Shown piece by piece: positions 6,821 through 11,407 of a DNA stretch of 11,407 nucleotides. Position 1 is the stretch's first letter; each line of letters starts with the position of its first letter. Under the pieces are notes generated by a model that did not search any database, was not told the origin of the DNA, and was given only the letters and a program-made list of their open reading frames with translations. The DNA is from a virus. The stretch is taken from IMG/VR virus record IMGVR_UViG_3300005541_000153; one strand, 5' to 3'. Made by a program: the position numbers and the translations under genes.

Positions 6821-7101
6821 GGCTGCATCAGGTCGTTGTTGTGGAGCCAGCCCAGGCGGTTGTTGGGGAGCAGGCAGAAGCTGTAACCTTCGCGGCCGTC
6901 TTTCAGCCCTGTGGCAACGACCATCGCCAAGTCACCATCGCCAGCTCGGAACAGCTCGACGATGACTGTGCTGGTGCTCTCGACAACGCGTCCCAGCTCC
7001 TTGTTGTAGTGGGAACGCATCTGGGTCTCCTGGAAGACCGGGTCACCGTGGACGGGCGCGTTGCTCTTCACCATGAACAGTGCACCTGGCTTCGCTTTCA
7101 T
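6817..7101 (-). CDS. Small hypothetical protein and PG-motif family member.
   Basis: The ATG at 7101 overlaps the upstream stop (ATGA at 7098..7101). The ORF track's 7110 start is a GTG three codons upstream. The protein reads MKAKPGALFMVKSN... The C-terminus ...LMQP* and the stop context repeat the 13-mer also seen at 2500. Confidence 0.6.
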   Translation of the reverse strand: MKAKPGALFMVKSNAPVHGDPVFQETQMRSHYNKELGRVVESTSTVIVELFRAGDGDLAMVVATGLKDGREGYSFCLLPNNRLGWLHNNDLMQP

Positions 7102-7325
7102 GTCTCGCACTCCTCGTAGTCGTCGTCTTCACCGCAGTTGCCTGCGGGTTCGGGTGGTGGTGGAGGTGGGGGTACGCTGGCATCGGGGGTGTTGTTGAGC
7201 GGGATGGCGGGCACTGGGTCGGGTTGGACCTGACCCAACCTGATCGACAGGAGGATGGCCACGTAGAACATCGCCGCGGCGACCCAACCTCCCAGCTTCA
7301 CCGGGCCCTCTTCCCCAGCCCCCAA
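7098..7325 (-). CDS. Small membrane protein with one transmembrane helix, a poly-proline stretch and an acidic Cys-containing tail.
   Basis: 75 aa from a TTG start at 7325; an ATG at 7271 is an alternative start. It has a transmembrane stretch (GWVAAAMFYVAILLSIRL), then PPPPPPPEP and ...CGEDDDYEECET. Confidence 0.45.
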   Translation of the reverse strand: MGAGEEGPVKLGGWVAAAMFYVAILLSIRLGQVQPDPVPAIPLNNTPDASVPPPPPPPEPAGNCGEDDDYEECET

Positions 7326-7405
7326 CCGCCTGCGACGCAGAGGAACATCAGCAACGCGATGCCTGCAGGCATGCAGACCAGGATGTCTGTGGCGATCTCG
7401 CTCAT
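7298..7405 (-). CDS. Possible 35-aa single-helix membrane peptide.
   Basis: The protein reads MSEIATDILVCMPAGIALLMFLCVAGGWGLGKRAR. The ATG overlaps the upstream stop (ATGA at 7402..7405). GC3 is about 85%. The R-rich N-terminal extension in the ORF track (to 7708) looks non-coding. It overlaps the next gene by 28 nt in another frame. Confidence 0.4.
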   Translation of the reverse strand: MSEIATDILVCMPAGIALLMFLCVAGGWGLGKRAR

Positions 7406-7620
7406 TGACGTACCAAGCGCGCGAAGGCGCGGCCGACGACAGTCACTGCGACGTAGTTGTCGCGGTGGCAGGTCGGGCACTGCCACTTGAGAGCGTCCCC
7501 GTCCCGTTGGTCGGAGAAGTAGGTGAAGTCCTTCGGTTCGCAGGAGACGACTGTCTCGCACTCCTGGCAGGTGCACTCGACCTCTTTCATAGGAGGCTTG
7601 GGTTGTCGAATGATCTTCAT
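7402..7620 (-). CDS. Small zinc-ribbon protein.
   Basis: 72 aa reading MKIIRQPKPPMKEVECTCQEC...KWQCPTCHRDNYVAV, with two CxxC pairs. The ATG overlaps the upstream stop (ATGA at 7617..7620). The 232-aa R-rich N-terminal extension in the ORF track is not coding-like. Confidence 0.6.
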   Translation of the reverse strand: MKIIRQPKPPMKEVECTCQECETVVSCEPKDFTYFSDQRDGDALKWQCPTCHRDNYVAVTVVGRAFARLVRQ

Positions 7621-7919
7621 GTGACTGCCTTGACAGCGTGGAAGCTGGGCACCGTCTTGTGGGTGTGTGGACCCGAGTCCTCCAGCAGAGCAGCGAGCTC
7701 GACGGCATTCATGATGACCGTCTTGTCTTCGAAGTCCTGGAGCGGGACGATCTCGTCGCCTGTCGGCGTGGCGACGATGGCCGCAGACGGGATCATCGAC
7801 GAGGGGATGATGGTGACGATGGGCTCGTCTGACGGGACGACGGTGATGTCCGACATGTCCTCCTCTGTCAGCTCGTCCAAGCCGAACGGGTCGTCGAGGT
7901 CGGGGGTGTACTGGCTCAC
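7617..7919 (-). CDS. Acidic hypothetical protein.
   Basis: The GTG at 7919 overlaps the upstream stop (GTGA) and is preceded by a strong SD, GGAGAGGAG. The protein (VSQYTPDLDDPFGLDELTEEDMSDITVV...) is Asp/Glu-rich. Confidence 0.55.
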   Translation of the reverse strand: MSQYTPDLDDPFGLDELTEEDMSDITVVPSDEPIVTIIPSSMIPSAAIVATPTGDEIVPLQDFEDKTVIMNAVELAALLEDSGPHTHKTVPSFHAVKAVT

Positions 7920-8212
7920 TTGTTGTTCTCCTCTCCGCGGGTTGCCATGGGTGCCATGAATTTGACGGTGCCGACCCCCGCTGCCTCGCACTCAGCGACG
8001 CACTTGGGGCAGGCTCGGATGGTTTTGCTGTCCTTGTAGTTGCGGACGGCATGGCCCGCATCGTTGAACATGTACTCCGAGTTCTCCTTGACCTCTTCAC
8101 CGCAGTACGAGCGGTTGTCGCGCTTCTTGATGTGGGCCCAGGGCACGGTGCCTGGCTTCATCTTGGCCTCGTCCTTCTTGTCCGCGATCACCGCACCGAA
8201 AAACGGCATCAT
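7916..8212 (-). CDS. Small Cys-containing hypothetical protein with an internal MKPGTV motif.
   Basis: 98 aa from ATG-ATG at 8212/8209, overlapping the upstream stop (TGATG). The protein reads ...AKMKPGTVPWAHIKKRDNRSYCGEE...ACPKCVAEC. The R-rich N-terminus in the ORF track (to 8395) is rejected. Confidence 0.55.
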   Translation of the reverse strand: MMPFFGAVIADKKDEAKMKPGTVPWAHIKKRDNRSYCGEEVKENSEYMFNDAGHAVRNYKDSKTIRACPKCVAECEAAGVGTVKFMAPMATRGEENNK

Positions 8213-8499
8213 CACGCAGCCTGCCTTTCTTCCCGAGTGGGGACGCCGAAGACCAGATACACGTTGTCGACGAAGTGAGCGTGGACCAGCTTGACGAGCT
8301 CCAGTTCTTTGATGCCCCCGGCGGTCAACTGGGACCATACCCAGATCTGGAGCTCCCCACACAGCTTTCGGTGCCGGTCCACGAGACGTCGCCACTGGTT
8401 GGGCGTCAGCTCATCACTCCAGACCAGCACGGTCGTGACGATGTGCTGTGCTTCGCGGATGCCCGCTTCGCCACTGAGGCTGTCCCGGTACGGGTGCAT
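8212..8499 (-). CDS. Hypothetical protein.
   Basis: About 95 aa reading MHPYRDSLSGEAGIREAQHIVTTVLVWSDELTPNQWRRL... The ATG at 8499 (or GTG at 8502) overlaps the upstream stop. Confidence 0.55.
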   Translation of the reverse strand: MHPYRDSLSGEAGIREAQHIVTTVLVWSDELTPNQWRRLVDRHRKLCGELQIWVWSQLTAGGIKELELVKLVHAHFVDNVYLVFGVPTREERQAA

Positions 8500-9032
8500 C
8501 ACGCCTTCCCCTTTGCTACCTTGCGAGCCTCTCGCTCGGCCTTGATGACATCCTTGGGACGGTTCTTGCTGCCCTTGGGCCGCCCACGGCCTTTCTGGCC
8601 CGGCAGCCGCTGTGGTTTCGGCTGCTTGGGCGGGGGCGGCGGCTCGAATGGGTTGCCACGGGCCGGCGCGAGCTTGAAGATGTGGAGGGCGTCCTTGAAG
8701 TTGGTGTAACGACAGGGCGGGTTGCGGGGGTCGCTGTCCTCGTCCCAGACAGTGACGAGGCCCGTGTCGTCGTCGATGCTCCGGACCTTGCCGACGATGG
8801 TCTCCAGCCAGGGGGTGCCCCTGAGCAAGGTCGTCCGACGGTCGACCACAATGCGGTCGCCCACGTCGAAGAGCGGGACCACCGACCCGTCACCCGGGTC
8901 GACATGGACCCCACTGGCCAGGTGGTCGATGTTGGGACGTCGTGCCTGCCAGCGCTCGAAGCGAGCCTCGTTCGAGATGAGGTCCTCGCCTGAGAGCTCA
9001 GCCTCCTCCAGTGCCTGCGGGGTTGGCTCCAT
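8499..9032 (-). CDS. Putative DNA-binding protein with a KOW/SH3-like core and a C-terminal AT-hook plus basic tail. It is the first gene of the leftward operon.
   Basis: From the ATG at 9032 the product is 177 aa (MEPTPQALEEAELSGEDL...). The core reads VGDRIVVDRRTTLLRGTPWLETIVGKVRSIDDDTGLVTVWDE. The C-terminus contains PPPPPKQPKPQRLPGQKGRGRPKGSKNRPKD (a GRGRPKG AT-hook) followed by KAEREARKVAKGKA. The ORF track's longer N-terminus (to 9125) would cross the control region and is Cys/Ser-rich and non-coding-looking. Confidence 0.6.
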   Translation of the reverse strand: MEPTPQALEEAELSGEDLISNEARFERWQARRPNIDHLASGVHVDPGDGSVVPLFDVGDRIVVDRRTTLLRGTPWLETIVGKVRSIDDDTGLVTVWDEDSDPRNPPCRYTNFKDALHIFKLAPARGNPFEPPPPPKQPKPQRLPGQKGRGRPKGSKNRPKDVIKAEREARKVAKGKA

Positions 9033-9108
9033 GGTCAAATCATACCACGTGAAGGGCTGGACTTTCACTGACGTGGTACAACACGACAACCTGTAGGACA
9101 ATGGCGGC
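9033..9108. promoter_or_regulatory. Divergent intergenic control region with an inverted repeat (operator-like) and a leaderless-type -10 element for the leftward operon.
   Basis: This is the only sizeable non-coding gap, lying between divergently oriented genes. On the minus strand, TATGAT (plus 9039..9044) sits 6 nt upstream of the ATG at 9032, the geometry of actinobacterial leaderless promoters. An 8-bp perfect inverted repeat, TACCACGT (9043..9050) and ACGTGGTA (9071..9078), has flanking partial arms TGAA/TTCA and contains the palindrome CACGTG. One arm abuts the -10. Confidence 0.45.
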
Positions 9109-9558
9109 ATGCAGCCTTCAGGCACCTCAGTTGACGGAGTGAAAGTCGGGCTCGATAGTTACTACGTCCACGACACGTACTCGGGTGTCCTGATGGGAGT
9201 GCCCTCAGCAGACATGATGATTGACGCGGCGAAGTGCACCGCGGAAGACATCTGGGGCAAGGGTCGCCCGACGCTGGTGGTCCCGCCCAAGCGAACCCCC
9301 ATCCTGAAGCCCGACGGCACGCCCCGGGTGTGCACCTGGCCAGGGTACACGGGCAAGCCGCTGGAGAGCCTGCCCGATCGGGTCATGATGGCATGGCTCA
9401 GCTGCTTCACACCGCCCGAGGGCACTGACTTCGACGGGAGCCACCTGTTCGTCATCTGGTTCGACGACCAGGACGCGACTGACCCGGTGCTGATGGCCCT
9501 GAAGCACGTCAACGAAGCGGGAGGCTGGTGGAAGAATGCCCAAGGTTGGAGCATCTGA
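9109..9558 (+). CDS. Hypothetical protein and first gene of the rightward operon.
   Basis: 149 aa with protein-like composition (MQPSGTSVDGVKVGLDSYYVHDTYSGVLMG...). The antisense ORFs here are Ser/Arg-rich junk. Confidence 0.65.
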   Translation: MQPSGTSVDGVKVGLDSYYVHDTYSGVLMGVPSADMMIDAAKCTAEDIWGKGRPTLVVPPKRTPILKPDGTPRVCTWPGYTGKPLESLPDRVMMAWLSCFTPPEGTDFDGSHLFVIWFDDQDATDPVLMALKHVNEAGGWWKNAQGWSI

Positions 9559-9838
9559 ACACGTCTGGCGAGCGGGCGACCTCTGCAAACGCTGGATCGG
9601 CATCATCAGCCGCGTTGTTGAGGTGATGCCCCCAAGGGACGATGCCAAGGTCGGCTCACGTCAGCGGTACACCCGTCTCCGGCTCGAGCAGGCAACGCCG
9701 CTGTTCGGCACCCACAGCAAGAAGACGATCGTGCTGGCCCAACAGTGCCAGCCCTTGACGCTGGTGGACTTGGGCACTGAGTATATGAAGCTTGGCAACT
9801 TCATCCGAGAAGAAGCACGAAAGCGAGGCATGGAATGA
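9536..9838 (+). CDS. Small hypothetical protein, paralog A of a tandem pair.
   Basis: 100 aa. The ATG at 9536 lies downstream of GGGAGG, with a 23-nt overlap of the upstream gene. The motif WRAGDLCKRW...VVEVMPPRDD...LGTEYMKLGNFIREEARKRG matches paralog B. Confidence 0.6.
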   Translation: MPKVGASEHVWRAGDLCKRWIGIISRVVEVMPPRDDAKVGSRQRYTRLRLEQATPLFGTHSKKTIVLAQQCQPLTLVDLGTEYMKLGNFIREEARKRGME

Positions 9839-10176
9839 CGTGGCAAGGCAGCAACCCGTTCGACTCCGACTACCCGTGGCGTGTCGGTGAGATCTGCACC
9901 TGCAACTACCAGGGCATCGCTGGTGGCCTGCTCTACATCGTCACTGAGGTGACGCCCCCAAGGGAGGAGAAGCTGGCCAACGGCACCAAGTACCAGGCCG
10001 ATGCGCAGCTCAAGATCAAGCCCGTCTATGGCCTGTTCCAGGACATCGAGGGGCGCAAGACCCGCAAGATCGGTGCGGGCTGGTGCAGGCCACAGTCGTT
10101 GATCGAGCTCAGCACCGAGTATGCCAAGCTGGGTCACTTCATCGCCGACCTGGCGCGGCTCCGTGGCGCAGAGTGA
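9835..10176 (+). CDS. Small hypothetical protein, paralog B of a tandem pair.
   Basis: 113 aa. The ATG overlaps the upstream stop (ATGA at 9835..9838). The motif WRVGEICTCN...VTEVTPPREE...LSTEYAKLGHFIADLARLRG matches paralog A. Confidence 0.65.
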   Translation: MTWQGSNPFDSDYPWRVGEICTCNYQGIAGGLLYIVTEVTPPREEKLANGTKYQADAQLKIKPVYGLFQDIEGRKTRKIGAGWCRPQSLIELSTEYAKLGHFIADLARLRGAE

Positions 10177-10460
10177 AGCCCGGAGACCTCATCAAGGTCG
10201 ACCCGGTCGACTGGAAGAAGACAGACGAGAAGTTCGGCCGTCGCATCCTGTTGACGAAGCTCCCGGAGCCCATTGAGAACCCAGGCAACGCCATCACGGG
10301 CAGATTGGTGAAGGATGAGGTCGGCATCGTCGTGGCGACACAGACGATCGAGACACACCCACGGGACGGGTGGCAGCTCGAGGGCAAGCACCTCGAGGTG
10401 TTGGTGCTCTTCGGTGAACGCCTGGGTTGGAACAGTTCCCAGTGCTTCAGCCTCGCCTGA
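10173..10460 (+). CDS. Small hypothetical protein and PGDLI family member.
   Basis: The GTG at 10173 overlaps the upstream stop (GTGA). The protein reads VKPGDLIKVDPVDWKKTDEKFGRRILL...GRLVKDEVGIVVATQ. The ORF track's 10083 start lies inside the preceding gene. Confidence 0.6.
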   Translation: MKPGDLIKVDPVDWKKTDEKFGRRILLTKLPEPIENPGNAITGRLVKDEVGIVVATQTIETHPRDGWQLEGKHLEVLVLFGERLGWNSSQCFSLA

Positions 10461-10763
10461 TCACCACTCTTCGGCTGAGCGAGGTCGCGGAGCGTACCTG
10501 CCACCGGGCATCATGCCGGCCGGGTGCCAGGTTCCACCACCCCTGTAGGGCTCGGGCTTTTTCTGGGGCGGCTTCGGAGGGAGCTTGAGGGCCTTGCTCG
10601 CGTCGGACAGCAACTCCCAGGCGTGCTCGATGGCATCCTCAGTCTTCCGGTCCATGCCTGGGAACTCGCGGAGCAACGCCTTGATCTCGCTGGCGTGTTC
10701 CTTGAGCCTCGACTTGAGGCCTTCAGCATCGTCACGGTTGAGGGGCACTTTCTTGCTGGACAC
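10461..10763 (-). CDS. Helical hypothetical protein.
   Basis: 100 aa from the GTG at 10763 (VSSKKVPLNRDDAEGLKSRLKEHASEIKALLREF...). It is convergent with the plus operon. The overlapping ORFs at 10511..10933 and 10524..11066 are Arg/Ser/Ala-rich junk. Confidence 0.55.
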   Translation of the reverse strand: MSSKKVPLNRDDAEGLKSRLKEHASEIKALLREFPGMDRKTEDAIEHAWELLSDASKALKLPPKPPQKKPEPYRGGGTWHPAGMMPGGRYAPRPRSAEEW

Positions 10764-10766
10764 GGT

Positions 10767-11024
10767 TCACTTCGCTTTCTGTTGAGCTGTCGCTGCGGCT
10801 GCCATGATGCTGAGGCTCTTGAGCTGGTCGGGCGTTGCCGGGTACACCTGCAGGCTCGCCATGCCGCCCGGGCACTCGCGTTCGCCGCCCGCAATCCAGA
10901 CCTCGGCTGGGAACAAGCGGTGGAAGACCTCATCAGGGACAGTACCGCCCATCGCGGCTTGCAACAGGATGCAGCCGGGTCGCTTGTACTTCACAGAGAA
11001 GGCGATGCGGTACGTGTCTTCCAT
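10767..11024 (-). CDS. Small hypothetical protein.
   Basis: The ATG at 11024 is preceded by the SD-like GAAGAGGG. The protein reads MEDTYRIAFSVKYKRPGCILLQAAMGG... The ORF track's N-terminal extension to 11144 overlaps the upstream gene and looks non-coding. It is in frame with the downstream gene, separated only by TGA-ACC. Confidence 0.5.
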   Translation of the reverse strand: MEDTYRIAFSVKYKRPGCILLQAAMGGTVPDEVFHRLFPAEVWIAGGERECPGGMASLQVYPATPDQLKSLSIMAAAATAQQKAK

Positions 11025-11407
11025 GTCAGGACCCTCTTCACTGCAGCGTTGATGGCATGTCGGTGACGTTGTGGGCTTTGGTTGTCCCACTCCCACAAGC
11101 GTGCTAGCGCATCCCGACCTTCGCAGAGCCATGGCTTGTGCCACTCGCTCGGCCGGGTGACGACCTGGACAGGCCTGGTGTAGTCGAACTGGGTTGCGGT
11201 CAGGTCAACGATGAAACCGTCCACCTCAGTCCAACAGTGCCTGCTGCCCGGGAACGGGCCGCCCGACATGACGAGCTTGGGCTTGTGATCCAGGCGGCGG
11301 AGCAGCGAGCACATCGAGTATGCTGCGATGCCGCAGGCACCTGCGTAGTTGGGGAAGCCGAAGTCGGTGGGGTACCGGCAGATCAGAGGCCTCAGCTCCC
11401 GGCGGAG
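10991..11407 (-). CDS. Partial CDS: the N-terminus runs off the right edge. It shows a putative papain-fold (C39-like) Cys/His peptidase signature.
   Basis: The frame is open from 11407 down to the stop at 10991; the ORF track truncates it at the internal ATG at 11314. The protein reads ...YPTDFGFPNYAGACGIAAYSMCSLLRR (CGxAxxxM, as around the catalytic Cys of C39 peptidases). Later it reads GSRHCWTEVDGFIVDLTATQF (H-x-W...VDG...IxD, as around the catalytic His). Confidence 0.45.
   Translation of the reverse strand, partial: LRRELRPLICRYPTDFGFPNYAGACGIAAYSMCSLLRRLDHKPKLVMSGGPFPGSRHCWTEVDGFIVDLTATQFDYTRPVQVVTRPSEWHKPWLCEGRDALARLWEWDNQSPQRHRHAINAAVKRVLTWKTRTASPSL

Noticed and set aside
7591-7634. 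Plus-strand AGGAGG followed by an ATG mini-ORF, and a consensus TTGACA hexamer
   Set aside because: They are on the antisense strand inside minus-strand coding sequence. The AGGAGG is the complement of Pro-Pro codons. No matching -10 sits at the right spacing.
7406-8395. Arg-rich N-terminal extensions of the ORF-track entries 7298..7708, 7402..8100, 7617..7991, 7916..8395 and 8499..9125
   Set aside because: Each extension runs through the upstream gene in a different frame with junk-like composition. Coupled internal starts (ATGA/GTGA) give compact, sensible proteins.
1-11407. tRNA, rRNA or CRISPR features
   Set aside because: No cloverleaf-like conserved tRNA segments, no rRNA-like stretches and no regularly spaced direct repeats were seen. 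Coding density leaves no room apart from 9033..9108.

Overview
This is a GC-rich (~60%) window with very densely packed coding sequence. It reads like a phage, prophage or mobile-element region from a high-GC (probably actinobacterial) host; that assignment is inference from gene density and codon style, not from a search.

I call 29 coding sequences and no tRNA, rRNA or CRISPR. Two leftward blocks (1..9032 and 10461..11407, minus strand) flank a four-gene rightward block (9109..10460, plus strand). They are separated by a 76-nt divergent control region (9033..9108) and meet the plus block tail-to-tail at 10458..10463.

Most minus-strand genes are chained by 1-4-nt start/stop overlaps (ATGA, GTGA, TGATG), the signature of translationally coupled operons. 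The long plus-strand ORFs in the supplied track at 122..892, 965..2107 and 2187..2828 are Arg/Leu/Ala/Val-rich antisense shadows of the real minus-strand genes.

The most notable features are:
- A partial gene of more than 830 aa whose product carries major-vault-protein-like repeats and a band-7/SPFH shoulder domain. It is preceded in the same frame by two DnaJ-type CxxCxGxG zinc-finger motifs and a low-complexity linker, and is translationally coupled to a family-2 glycosyltransferase with a TPR-like tail.
- An expanded array of at least 10 divergent small paralogs (70-110 aa) sharing an N-terminal K/R-P-G-D-L/M-V/F motif (first strand of a small SH3/KOW-like barrel), plus a tandem pair of clear paralogs on the plus strand.
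- A lead gene of the leftward operon encoding a KOW-like protein with a canonical AT-hook (GRGRPKG). It sits behind a leaderless-type -10 (TATGAT, 6 nt from the ATG) overlapped by an inverted repeat (TACCACGT...ACGTGGTA, containing CACGTG).
- A partial gene at the right edge with a C39/papain-like Cys...His signature.

All functional calls are motif-level readings made without database searches.
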